From NCBI GenBank assembly GCA_023818695.1, contig JAMWCF010000001.1:3538-67537 (forward strand): a DNA stretch of 64,000 nucleotides, written 5' to 3'. The notes under the pieces were generated by a model. The model searched no databases. It worked only from the letters and a program-made list of their open reading frames with translations, and was not told the DNA's origin. The DNA comes from Candidatus Omnitrophota bacterium (lineage in GTDB: Bacteria > Omnitrophota > Gorgyraeia > 1-14-0-20-64-10). Of this stretch, positions 49,291-58,602 are shown piece after piece (positions within the stretch are counted from its first letter, which is position 1; the number at the start of each line of letters is the position of its first letter). The translations under genes and the position numbers were made by a program.

Positions 49291-50664
49291 ATGGAATGGA
49301 AAGTAGCGGCAGACACCCTCTGGGTGTTGATAACGGCGATGCTGGTCTTCTGGATGAATGCCGGCTTCGCGACGGTGGAAGCCGGTTTTCAGGCGCAGAA
49401 GAACTGCGTCAATATCTTGTCCAAGAACTTCGTTGTTTTTGCTATTGCGTCGATCGCTTATTGGTGGGTTGGTTTCGGCCTGCAGTTCGGGGATGGCAAC
49501 GGCTGGGTCGGGATGCAGGGGTTGTTTTCTCTTCGCGGAGCCGATAATTCGCCGGCGACCGGGGATGCTTATAAGGGTGTCTACAGCTCCTTGAGCTGGA
49601 CCGGCGTTCCTCTGCTGGCGAAATTCTTTTTCCAGCTGGTTTTCTGCGGGACGGCGGCGACCATCGTTTCAGGAGCGGTCGGAGGCAGGATCAAGTATTT
49701 TTCGTTCCTTGTTTTCTCCTTCTTCCTCTGCGCGCTGGTTTATCCGATCGTCGGACACTGGATCTGGGGCGGAGGATGGCTGGCGAAGGCCGGTTTCTGG
49801 GATTTCGCCGGCTCAACGGTTGTTCACTCGGTCGGCGGCTGGGGTGCCCTCGCGGGGGCTCTTCTGCTAGGGCCCCGCTTCGGCAAATACAGCCCCACCG
49901 GTTCCATCATGCCGACGCCGGGCCATAATCTGTCGCTGGCCACGATAGGAACCTTCATCCTGTGGCTTGGCTGGTTCGGGTTCAATCCTGGATCAACCAT
50001 GGCGGCGGATCCGAGCGCCATCGCCCGGATCTGCGTGACGACCAACTCCGCCGCGATTGCCGGGATCCTGGGAGCCACTTTGACCTCCTGGATCACGCTG
50101 GGCAAGCCGGACCTGGGCATGACCTTGAACGGCTGTCTGGCCGGGCTGGTCGGCATCACGGCGCCGTGCGCCTTTGTCAGCGTGGAGAGTTCGCTGATCA
50201 TTGGCTTCATCGCGGGTGTTCTGGTCGTGCTGGCTGTCCCGATCTTTGACCGGCTGCGGATCGACGACCCGGTCGGCGCCACCTCGGTCCACCTCGTCAA
50301 TGGGATCTGGGGGACCCTGGCGGTCGGTCTTTTCGCGCAGGATTCGATCATGCCGAATACCACCGGAAACGGCCTGTTTTTCGGGGGAGGCACCAAGCTC
50401 CTGGCCGCCCAGGCGACCGGTGTTTTCGCCGTTGGGGTGTTCACGTTCGTGACCTGCGCGATCGTGTGGGCTCTGATCAAGGTGACGATGGGAATCCGAG
50501 TCGCTCTCCATGAGGAGATCTCCGGTCTGGATGTCGGCGAGCACGGCAACTCGGCCTATCCGGAGTTCGTGATCCGCAAGCCCTCTTATTCCTATGCGAG
50601 CATCGTGGCCCGTCCCGCGGAATACAGCGAGACGCCGGTTTCTGTGAATGGAGGCAAGAAATGA
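49291..50664 (+). CDS. amt: Ammonium transporter (Amt family)
   Basis: 11-TM Amt/MEP protein with signature stretches such as GAVGGRIKYFSF and FGFNPGS. Confidence 0.92.
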   Translation: MEWKVAADTLWVLITAMLVFWMNAGFATVEAGFQAQKNCVNILSKNFVVFAIASIAYWWVGFGLQFGDGNGWVGMQGLFSLRGADNSPATGDAYKGVYSSLSWTGVPLLAKFFFQLVFCGTAATIVSGAVGGRIKYFSFLVFSFFLCALVYPIVGHWIWGGGWLAKAGFWDFAGSTVVHSVGGWGALAGALLLGPRFGKYSPTGSIMPTPGHNLSLATIGTFILWLGWFGFNPGSTMAADPSAIARICVTTNSAAIAGILGATLTSWITLGKPDLGMTLNGCLAGLVGITAPCAFVSVESSLIIGFIAGVLVVLAVPIFDRLRIDDPVGATSVHLVNGIWGTLAVGLFAQDSIMPNTTGNGLFFGGGTKLLAAQATGVFAVGVFTFVTCAIVWALIKVTMGIRVALHEEISGLDVGEHGNSAYPEFVIRKPSYSYASIVARPAEYSETPVSVNGGKK

Positions 50665-50999
50665 AGAAGATTGAAGCGATCATCCGCCCGGAGAAGGTCG
50701 ATGAGGTGCGCCGGGCTCTGGAAAAAGTCGGATTTCCCGGTCTTCACATCGGCGAAGTGGAGGGGCACGGGAAGCAGAAGGGAGTCGTCCAGCAGTGGCG
50801 CGGCGAGCAGTACCGGGTGGAACTGCTTTCCAAGGTGAAGCTGGAGATTGTGGCCAACGACAAGGACGCCTCGAAGATCGTCCAGGCCATCCAGGACGCC
50901 GCCAAAACCGGCGGCGTGGGGGACGGGAAGATTTTCATCTCGCCGGTCGAAGAGGTGATCCGGATCCGGACCGGGGAGAGGGGGGATTCCGCCCTTTAA
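50661..50999 (+). CDS. glnK: Nitrogen regulatory protein P-II (GlnK type, linked to amt)
   Basis: MKKIEAIIRPEKVDEVRRAL...T-loop RGEQYRVELL with the conserved Tyr; overlaps the amt stop. Confidence 0.9.
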   Translation: MKKIEAIIRPEKVDEVRRALEKVGFPGLHIGEVEGHGKQKGVVQQWRGEQYRVELLSKVKLEIVANDKDASKIVQAIQDAAKTGGVGDGKIFISPVEEVIRIRTGERGDSAL

Positions 51000-51024
51000 A
51001 AAGGGGCGCCCGGCTGGGCAGGGC

Positions 51025-51063
51025 CTTAACCGGGATTTAACATCCCCGTAATATTGTTGTAAC
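51025..51063 (+). promoter_or_regulatory. Four consecutive 11-bp-phased direct repeats (CTTAAC / TTTAAC / CGTAAT / TGTAAC) upstream of glnA
   Basis: Hexamer ends at 51030, 51041, 51052 and 51063; includes GGATTTAACAT, identical to the 11-mer upstream of the porin-amt operon. Confidence 0.4.
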
Positions 51064-51253
51064 GGCCGGAAATTAAGCTAGAATAGTCAATATTCCGGGC
51101 TGGGGAACCCCACCCCTCCTGTTTCTGCACGGTTGGACACAGTTCTTCCAAAGGGCCGTTTTTCCCTTGTAGAGAAATCGGGCCGAGTGTCTTGATTCGA
51201 ATCAGTTTTTGAGGTGGATTTTGAAAAAGCGAAAGAAGGAGAAACGAAAAGCC

Positions 51254-52795
51254 ATGGCACGAGGGACCACAGCAGCTAAAACACGGGGCAAGGCGTCATT
51301 GAATGGGCGGGGGAGCCAGTCCGAAAAGACGTTCCCCATCGCGGCCGTTGCCAACGAGCCGCCGAAAGCGGATGAAGCGGCTGTCCGCCGGTTATGGAAG
51401 ATTATTAAGGAGAATAACATCCAGGTCGTGGACCTGAAGTTCAACGACCTGCCCGGGCTGTGGCAGCATTTTTCCATCCCGGTCTCCGAGTTGAGCGAGA
51501 ACCCCAGAGAGGGGATCTGGGTCGACGGGATTGGGTTCGACGGGTCGTCGATCCGCGGTTTCCAGAAGATCCAGGAATCGGACATGAACCTGTATGCCGA
51601 CCCGAGCACGGCGATCCTGGACCCGGTTTGCGAGGCGCCGACCTTGAGCATGATCTGCGACATCTATGATCCGTTGACGAAGAAGCCCTACACCCGGGAC
51701 CCCCGCTACATCGCCAGGAAGGCCGAAGCGTACCTGAAGAAAACCGGCATCGCCGACATCAGCTACTGGGGTCCGGAACCGGAATTCTTCATCTTCGATG
51801 ACATCCGGTTCGATTCGACGGAAAACTCCAGCTACTACTTCGTCGATTCCATCGAAGGAGAGTGGAACTCCGGCCGGGACGAGAAGCCAAACCTCGGCTA
51901 CAAGCCCCGCTTCAAGGAAGGGTACTTCCCGGTGCCGCCTCACGATGTCTTTCAGGACATCCGCAGCGAGATCATGAAGAAGGCCCGGGAGGCCGGCGTC
52001 CCCGTGGAGAAGCATCACCATGAGGTGGCCACGGCCGGTCAGGCGGAGATCGACATGCGCTACGGCACCCTCACCCAGATGGCGGACTGGCTGATGACGC
52101 TCAAATACGTCGTCAAGAACGTCGCCCGCAAGCACGGCAAGGTGGCCACCTACATGCCCAAGCCGCTCTTCGGCGACAACGGATCCGGCATGCACACCCA
52201 CCAGAGTCTCGCGAAAGAGGGGACCAACCTGTTCTACGACAAGAACGGCTACGCCCTGATCAGCCAGACCTGCAAGTGGTACATCGGCGGGCTGCTTAAG
52301 CATGCCCCGGCAATCCTGGCCTTCGCGGCTCCCGGCACCAACTCTTACAAGCGGTTGGTCCCCGGCTACGAGGCGCCTGTGAACTTGGCCTACTCGGCCC
52401 GGAACCGGTCGGCGATCTGCCGCATCCCGGTTTACACGCCGCACCCGAAAAGCAAGAGGGTGGAGTTCCGCGCCCCCGACCCCTCCTGCAACCCGTACAT
52501 CACGTTCGCGGCGCTGCTTATGGCGGGGCTGGATGGCATCCAGAACCGGATCGATCCGGGACAGCCGGTGGATGAGAACATCTACGAGATGCCGGCGGAC
52601 AAGGCGCCCAAGCAGGTGCCCGGTTCGCTGGAGGAGGCGCTTGACGCCCTCGAGAGGGACCACGCGTTCCTGCTCAAGGGAGACGTCTTCACCAAGGACG
52701 TCATCGAGGTGTGGCTGGAGTACAAGCGGCAGGAGATTGACAAAGTCCGGCTCCGACCGCATCCGTACGAGTTCTACCTGTACTTCGACGCCTAA
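51254..52795 (+). CDS. glnA: Glutamine synthetase type I-beta (E. coli-like, with adenylylation-region Tyr) carrying a ~40-aa basic N-terminal extension
   Basis: Near-collinear with E. coli GlnA (…[16 protein letters not shown]…[14 protein letters not shown]…NIYEMPAD…); first in-frame ATG is 51254, ~40 codons upstream of the position aligning with E. coli Met1. Confidence 0.88.
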   Translation: MARGTTAAKTRGKASLNGRGSQSEKTFPIAAVANEPPKADEAAVRRLWKIIKENNIQVVDLKFNDLPGLWQHFSIPVSELSENPREGIWVDGIGFDGSSIRGFQKIQESDMNLYADPSTAILDPVCEAPTLSMICDIYDPLTKKPYTRDPRYIARKAEAYLKKTGIADISYWGPEPEFFIFDDIRFDSTENSSYYFVDSIEGEWNSGRDEKPNLGYKPRFKEGYFPVPPHDVFQDIRSEIMKKAREAGVPVEKHHHEVATAGQAEIDMRYGTLTQMADWLMTLKYVVKNVARKHGKVATYMPKPLFGDNGSGMHTHQSLAKEGTNLFYDKNGYALISQTCKWYIGGLLKHAPAILAFAAPGTNSYKRLVPGYEAPVNLAYSARNRSAICRIPVYTPHPKSKRVEFRAPDPSCNPYITFAALLMAGLDGIQNRIDPGQPVDENIYEMPADKAPKQVPGSLEEALDALERDHAFLLKGDVFTKDVIEVWLEYKRQEIDKVRLRPHPYEFYLYFDA

Positions 52796-52829
52796 GAGTC
52801 AAGGTTCCTTGTCAAAGTGATTCAAGCGA

Positions 52830-52865
52830 CGCCCGGGCCGCCACGCGCGCCCGGGCGTTTGCTTG
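52830..52865 (+). terminator. Rho-independent terminator after glnA (CGCCCGGGC-loop-GCCCGGGCG followed by TTTGCTTG)
   Basis: 9-bp GC-rich inverted repeat at 52830-52838 and 52849-52857, then a T-rich tract. Confidence 0.5.
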
Positions 52866-52879
52866 TCGAGTGAGAGCCA

Positions 52880-54217
52880 ATGCCCGCTATTGAGCTGAAA
52901 GACAAAGAATACGTCCTGAAATCGGCCCGCGACCTCGGGGTCAAGTTCATCCGGTTGTGGTTCACCGACATCCTCGGGTTCCTGAAGAACGTGGCGATCA
53001 CCATCGAGGAACTGGAGGAGGCCCTGGAGGAAGGGGTCGGTTTCGACGGTTCCTCCATCGAGGGGTTCACCCGGTCCGAGGAGTCCGACATGGTGGCTTT
53101 GCCGGATCCGAACACCTTCGCGGTTTTGCCCTGGAGGCCGAAAGCCAACGCCGTTGCCCGAATGTTCTGCGACATCGTGCGCCCTGGCGGGGAACCGTTT
53201 GAAGGGGATCCCCGCTACGTTTTGAAGCAGAATCTGAAGAAGGCGGCCGAGTTGGGCTACACCTTTTACGTCGGGCCGGAGCTGGAGCATTTCTATTTCA
53301 AGTCGGCCGAGGAGCCGATCCCCTTGGATGCCGGCGGCTATTTCGACCTGACCCCGCTGGATCTGGCTTCCAACCTGCGGCGTGAAACGATCCTGGCGCT
53401 GGAGGAGCTGGGGATCGGCGTCGAGTTCAGCCACCATGAGGTGGCCCCCTCCCAGCATGAGATCGATTTCCGGTACGCCGACGCCCTGACGATGGCGGAC
53501 AACGTGATGACCTACCGGCTCGTCACCAAGGAGATCGCCCTGGAGCACGGGGTCTACGCCACTTTCATGCCGAAGCCGATGGCCGGGCAGAACGGTTCCG
53601 GCATGCATGTGAACATCTCCCTCTTTAAAGGGGAGAGGAACGCCTTCTTCGATCCGAACGATCCGGCCCATCTGTCCGGAGTGGCTAAGAGCTTTCTTGC
53701 CGGGATCCTCAAGCATGTCAGGGAGTTCACCGTGGTCACCAACCAGTGGGTGAATTCCTACAAGCGGCTGACCCCCGGTTATGAGGCGCCGGCTTATGTC
53801 ACCTGGGCTTTAACGAACCGGGCCGATCTGGTGCGTGTCCCCAGGGCTAAACCAGGTAAAGAAGAGGCCTGCCGAATTGAACTGCGGTCTCCTGACCCGG
53901 CTTGCAACCCGTACCTGGCTTTCAGCGCCATCTTGGCGGCCGGACTGGATGGTATCCGGAAGAAAGAATCTCTTCCGCCTGAAGCGCAAACTAACGTGGC
54001 CTCCCTCTCCCCCGCGGAGAGGTCCCAAAAGGGGATCCAGGCCCTTCCCAGAGATCTGGGAGAGGCGATTGAAGCGGCCAGCGGCTCGGCGCTTCTGAAA
54101 TCGGCGTTGGGCGACCACATCTACAGTTCCTTCCTGCGCAACAAGCAGATGGAATGGGAAAAATACTGCTCTGCCGTCACCGATTTTGACCTGAAGACCT
54201 ACTTACCGTTGCTGTAA
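52880..54217 (+). CDS. glnA: Glutamine synthetase type I-alpha (B. subtilis-like, 445 aa)
   Basis: MPAIELKDKEYVLKSARDLGVKFIRLWFTDILG... short GSI-alpha architecture lacking the 25-aa insertion. Confidence 0.9.
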   Translation: MPAIELKDKEYVLKSARDLGVKFIRLWFTDILGFLKNVAITIEELEEALEEGVGFDGSSIEGFTRSEESDMVALPDPNTFAVLPWRPKANAVARMFCDIVRPGGEPFEGDPRYVLKQNLKKAAELGYTFYVGPELEHFYFKSAEEPIPLDAGGYFDLTPLDLASNLRRETILALEELGIGVEFSHHEVAPSQHEIDFRYADALTMADNVMTYRLVTKEIALEHGVYATFMPKPMAGQNGSGMHVNISLFKGERNAFFDPNDPAHLSGVAKSFLAGILKHVREFTVVTNQWVNSYKRLTPGYEAPAYVTWALTNRADLVRVPRAKPGKEEACRIELRSPDPACNPYLAFSAILAAGLDGIRKKESLPPEAQTNVASLSPAERSQKGIQALPRDLGEAIEAASGSALLKSALGDHIYSSFLRNKQMEWEKYCSAVTDFDLKTYLPLL

Positions 54218-54500
54218 TAAATAGTAAAAGCTTATCGAACGCATATTCTCCTTCTCCCGATTTCGATGGTCTTTGGTAATGCACCCCTGTCGGCAAGCCG
54301 GTTCAAACGCAGATCGATCCGGTGCAGGAGGCGTCCGCCATCCTGGCCAAAAATCTCAATAATGTATCTCCTGCGAATGCAGCGCCTTCCATAGTAGTTA
54401 ATAGGAATTAAATCTAATATAAGGCCTTGCCAAATCAGGTTTAGTTAAGGTAAACTTGACCTCACCATTGAGGAAACACCATTTCCTGCCGGTTCTTACG

Positions 54501-57416
54501 ATGAGATCTATAACAGTTTTCAAGAGAAGCATTGCCTTTTTCGCGGCGATCTCGCTGGGATTGCCAGGGACCTCCTTTGCCTTGAGGCCGGTCAGCCCTG
54601 TGGAGTCAGGCGTCCAGGATCAGCTGGTCCTCTCCCTGTCTGCTGGCCTGGAGGAAGAGAAGGATTTGGGCCTGCGCAGGCGGGTCGATGTCGGCGGACA
54701 GGTGGTGGTCTGGAGCTTCAACCAGGAACAGCCCCCTCAGATCGTCCGGATTCGGTTGGCGGAAGTCAAAGGAATGAAGAGAGGTGCCATCGAGTTCCAG
54801 GGGCCTCCGACAGTCTTGATCTTCCGTCAAAAGCTGTGGGACCAGATTACGCGCGAGGTCACAGAGAGGGGCGGTTTCAATTCCGGCGGCGGCAGGGGCC
54901 ATCTGCAAACATTCGTCAAGGAGGTGGAGGAGGGGAAATGGCTCAAGTTGAATTTCAAGGCGGAAAAGGATTATCGGAGCAAGGGCACTTACCCGCCCGG
55001 TGAACGGGGGGAGGGGGTCATCCTGTACGATCTGACCTCCAACCGGGAGATTGCGCGGGTCTTCCTCCGGGCCGTCGCGTCGAACAGTTCAGCCGAACTT
55101 CGGCTCGTCGCCCCGAAGGACGTTAAGCTGGATGATGAAGCGACTTATCTCTCCAAACTGGCCGACCTGGCGGCGCGGCCGATCCCGTACGATGAGGCGA
55201 TCCTTATCGATGACAGCGCTCTCGTCCCCGTCCGCCTGTTCGCCGATACCTCCGGCGGCGCGCCGAACAGCTTTGTGCCCGTCCCGTCCCAAGGGGTTTT
55301 CATCCCCTCTACTTACCTGGAAGAGTGGAGGGGGCGGGGTTTCTTCATCCTTAACCGCCAGGGGAATGGGCAGCGTTTCCTGCACGTCGTGCTTGGTAAT
55401 AAAGCCCATTTCCCGAACGTCAACACGGTTTTCATGCAGGCGGGAGCCGATCCTGTCGCGGCTCGGTTGAGTTTGTCCAGGTCAAGCCGGACCGAAGACG
55501 GATTCACTGTGGAGGTGACGCCGCAGGGAGTGACAATCCGGCCCGGATCAGGACAGCAGATACTGGTTGAAAGGTCATTCATTCCCTTTGAGATGAACCT
55601 GCGGTCCCTTTTCGAAGATGCCGGGGTCGCTCTGGAAATGCAGCGATGGAGCACGTTGAGCAATCTTCTGACCCGCGTCTCCCGCCTGCAAAAGCCGGAA
55701 CGTGCCCGGCAGACGACCTTCGTCCGAAGGCAGTTGGATACGCTGGAGATCATGCGGATGCAGATGCTGTTGAGCCGCCGCTTGCCTTCCGTCTGGATCG
55801 TCGGCAATCCCTTGTCCAGATCGGCTGAAAACGATTACTGGGCCGCGCTGGCGGCCGGATCTCGGCTTTTGAACCAGCAGCCGCCGCCTCACCAGGAAAC
55901 GGTCCGGATGGTCAGAACGATGATCGCGCAGGCGGTTTTGACATTAAGCGCGGCCGGCTCCCTGGCGCAGCGCACGCGGATTGATCAGATCATGACCAAC
56001 CCGGACGTTCCCCGGGGCCATGTCTACGCCCTGTTCCGGGAAAGATGGCTTGCCCGCGTCCTCCGGGAGCAGGAAAGGGGTCGGCTTGAGCTGCCGAATG
56101 AGTTTTATACCCGCGCCCTGGCCTATGCCCTCATGCAGGTCATGAGCCCCGCGGATCAGTTTTTGAGCCCAGCCGACCGCCTGGACGCGCCGGATGCCCT
56201 GCTGACCTTTTTGCAGGGAGGGGTACCGGCCGATCACCTCGAATCGGCGCGCCAGCGCCACATGGTTCGGAGAATCGTGACAAAGGAGTTGTGGAATGTG
56301 GAGCAGAGCAGGCCGGGACAGATGCCAGAGGATATGATGGAAGAGGTGCTGATGCCTTACGACATCACGATTTTGGAGGCAGCCGCCATCGCCGCACGCG
56401 TTTTGTCTCGTGTGGCGGAGGAGATGGGACACGCTGGAGACGCGGCGAAATTCCGGCAGCTCTCCGAGGAGATTCAGGAACAGCTGCGGGGGCGGGTTTC
56501 CGGCAGGATGCCGCGCCGGCTGGATATGGTGAACGTGGTCCGGGGACCGGTCCAGATTCTTGCGGACAACCTGAGAGAAGAGCAGGAGGTCATCGAAACG
56601 CTGCACGGCCACATGAAGCGTTTACTGGAGGAAGTCACGGAGGAACCGCGCCTCGATCCGGGCTGGGTCCGGTTCTACAACGAGGCGACAGGCAGCAACT
56701 ACTGGATTGAGCTGGGGCCGCCGGATGAATGGCAGGAGCGTTTCGGCCAGGAGGGGGATCTCATGGAGTCGGCCCTCTGGGCGATTTCCGCCGGTGCGGC
56801 AGGCCGGTCCTTCCGGGTGCAGGTCCGGACTTACAGGGAGCGGCATCACAGCAGGTGGGTTCAGGTCCTTGTGCCGGAGGTGACCTATGGTCCCCCCCTG
56901 CCTGATCAGCCCGAGCGCCTGGTGATGCCTTCCGCCGGTCTGGAGGGGACTCTTCCTTTTCGAGCGGTGGACGCGGAGGAATTCGCCCGGAACCTGCCGT
57001 CCCGCTACAGGGATTCCATCCCCGGCGTTTTCAGCAGGGTCTGGGTCGTTCCATTGCCAGCCCGCGTGAATGTTTATTCCCAGGAACCGCTTCTACAGGG
57101 CCTGGAGCGGGATTTCATCGGCAAGCTGCCGGCGGATTTGGCGGCGGCCGTTCGGCTCGTACGGGTCCCTCTGGCGCCGACGGAGTCGTACGAAAAACCC
57201 GGCGTGATTGTAGAAGACGCGGGTCTGGATCTCTCGGTTGATAATCCCCTGAATCTTCCGGTTCTGAAGCTGTGGCTGGCCGACCTGGCCCGCATCAATC
57301 CGGCAGCCGTCATTATGCTGGCCCTGGGTGGCTATCAGGATCCGAATGTGCAGCTTCTGGGGTTGATGACCTACCAGGACGCGCAAGGGCAGACCTTCCT
57401 CGCCATCTTCGCGTAA
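54501..57416 (+). CDS. Large secreted hypothetical protein (~970 aa), no recognisable domain
   Basis: Signal peptide MRSITVFKRSIAFFAAISLGLPGTSFA; beta-rich N-terminal third, helix-rich Arg/Leu/Glu-rich remainder; the track ORF begins at TTG 54456. Confidence 0.55.
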   Translation: MRSITVFKRSIAFFAAISLGLPGTSFALRPVSPVESGVQDQLVLSLSAGLEEEKDLGLRRRVDVGGQVVVWSFNQEQPPQIVRIRLAEVKGMKRGAIEFQGPPTVLIFRQKLWDQITREVTERGGFNSGGGRGHLQTFVKEVEEGKWLKLNFKAEKDYRSKGTYPPGERGEGVILYDLTSNREIARVFLRAVASNSSAELRLVAPKDVKLDDEATYLSKLADLAARPIPYDEAILIDDSALVPVRLFADTSGGAPNSFVPVPSQGVFIPSTYLEEWRGRGFFILNRQGNGQRFLHVVLGNKAHFPNVNTVFMQAGADPVAARLSLSRSSRTEDGFTVEVTPQGVTIRPGSGQQILVERSFIPFEMNLRSLFEDAGVALEMQRWSTLSNLLTRVSRLQKPERARQTTFVRRQLDTLEIMRMQMLLSRRLPSVWIVGNPLSRSAENDYWAALAAGSRLLNQQPPPHQETVRMVRTMIAQAVLTLSAAGSLAQRTRIDQIMTNPDVPRGHVYALFRERWLARVLREQERGRLELPNEFYTRALAYALMQVMSPADQFLSPADRLDAPDALLTFLQGGVPADHLESARQRHMVRRIVTKELWNVEQSRPGQMPEDMMEEVLMPYDITILEAAAIAARVLSRVAEEMGHAGDAAKFRQLSEEIQEQLRGRVSGRMPRRLDMVNVVRGPVQILADNLREEQEVIETLHGHMKRLLEEVTEEPRLDPGWVRFYNEATGSNYWIELGPPDEWQERFGQEGDLMESALWAISAGAAGRSFRVQVRTYRERHHSRWVQVLVPEVTYGPPLPDQPERLVMPSAGLEGTLPFRAVDAEEFARNLPSRYRDSIPGVFSRVWVVPLPARVNVYSQEPLLQGLERDFIGKLPADLAAAVRLVRVPLAPTESYEKPGVIVEDAGLDLSVDNPLNLPVLKLWLADLARINPAAVIMLALGGYQDPNVQLLGLMTYQDAQGQTFLAIFA

Positions 57417-57429
57417 AACCCGGTGCAGA

Positions 57430-58602
57430 TCAGCCGGCCTTTCTCAATTCCTCCAGGATTGTCTGCGCGGCTCTCCGGCTGGCGCCCGTCTCACCGAGGG
57501 AGTGTTTGATTTTCCGGAAATCCTCGACCATCTTGTTTCGCCAGGAGGCCTCTTTCCATAGCTGGATTGCCGTGGCGGCGATCAGAGCGGGGGAGGCGCT
57601 GTGCTGGATGAATTCCGGGACGATCTTTTTGTCGGTGATCCGCCCGTTTTCATCGGCTGATGCCACCACGTTGACCAGTCCGATCACCGGGATCTTGATG
57701 AGCAGACGTGAAAGGAAATAGGTCGGCCACGAGGTCTTGTAGGCGATCAGCATCGGCCTTTCCAGCAGGGCGCATTCCAGCGTGGCCGTCCCCGAGGCGA
57801 CCAGCACAAAATCGCAACTGTGGATGCAACTGTAATCCCAGCGTTCGACGACTTTCGGCTTCAGGGCGGATCGGGTCATCGCCTGCCTGTAGATCTCCCA
57901 GTCCAGATGCGGCGCTTTGATGAGGAGGAACTGGGTCGTGGAAGGCAGCTCTTTCTGCATCCGCTCGCCGGCGGCGAGAAAAATCGGGAGGATCCGACGG
58001 ACCTCCCCTTCGCGGGACCCCGGCAGCAGGCCGACGACTGGCATACGGTCTTCCAGCCCCAGCTGTTGCAGGGACTCTGCCCTGGAAAGGGCCGGCTTGA
58101 CATGTTCGACCAGCGGATGTCCGACGAAAGTTACGGGAACGCCGGCCTGTTCGTAGATCTTTTGCTCGAAGGGGAAGACCACCAGCATCCGGCTGACCAG
58201 GGATTTGATTTTGTGGATCCGGCCCGGATCCCAGGCCCAGATCTGTGGGCTGATGAAATAAACCACCGGGATCCCGCGGGTTTTCGCTTCACGAGCGAAC
58301 CGGAGGTTGAAGCCGGGGTAGTCGATCAGAACCACCACGTCCGGCCGCCTCTCATCCAGCGTTGCGGCCGCTTTCCGGAACATGGCCTGGAAGGTTCCGA
58401 GATGGCGCAGGACCTCCACGATGCCGATCACCGCCAGCTCCGTCGGGTCGACGAGGATTTCCACGCCGGCCTGTTTCATGCCGCTTCCGCCGAAACCGAA
58501 AAGCTGCAGGTCCGGTTCCAGGGCGAAGAGTTCGGCAGCCAGGTGTGCGCCGTGGAGATCGCCGGAGGATTCGCCGGCGATTAGCATGATTTTTTTTGTC
58601 AT
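57430..58602 (-). CDS. lpxB: Lipid-A-disaccharide synthase LpxB
   Basis: MTKKIMLIAGESSGDLHGAHLAAEL...GT-B fold; the track ORF (655 aa) is extended upstream in frame, and the true start ATG is at 58602. Confidence 0.88.
   Translation of the reverse strand: MTKKIMLIAGESSGDLHGAHLAAELFALEPDLQLFGFGGSGMKQAGVEILVDPTELAVIGIVEVLRHLGTFQAMFRKAAATLDERRPDVVVLIDYPGFNLRFAREAKTRGIPVVYFISPQIWAWDPGRIHKIKSLVSRMLVVFPFEQKIYEQAGVPVTFVGHPLVEHVKPALSRAESLQQLGLEDRMPVVGLLPGSREGEVRRILPIFLAAGERMQKELPSTTQFLLIKAPHLDWEIYRQAMTRSALKPKVVERWDYSCIHSCDFVLVASGTATLECALLERPMLIAYKTSWPTYFLSRLLIKIPVIGLVNVVASADENGRITDKKIVPEFIQHSASPALIAATAIQLWKEASWRNKMVEDFRKIKHSLGETGASRRAAQTILEELRKAG

Noticed and set aside
51000-51253. Sigma-54 (-24/-12) promoter upstream of glnA
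   Set aside because: The closest match, TTGGACACAGTTCTTCC, lacks the TTGC -12 element. No sigma-54 promoter can be supported by eye.
51392-52762. 456-aa minus-strand ORF opposite glnA
   Set aside because: Antisense to a near-perfect E. coli-like GS; artefact.
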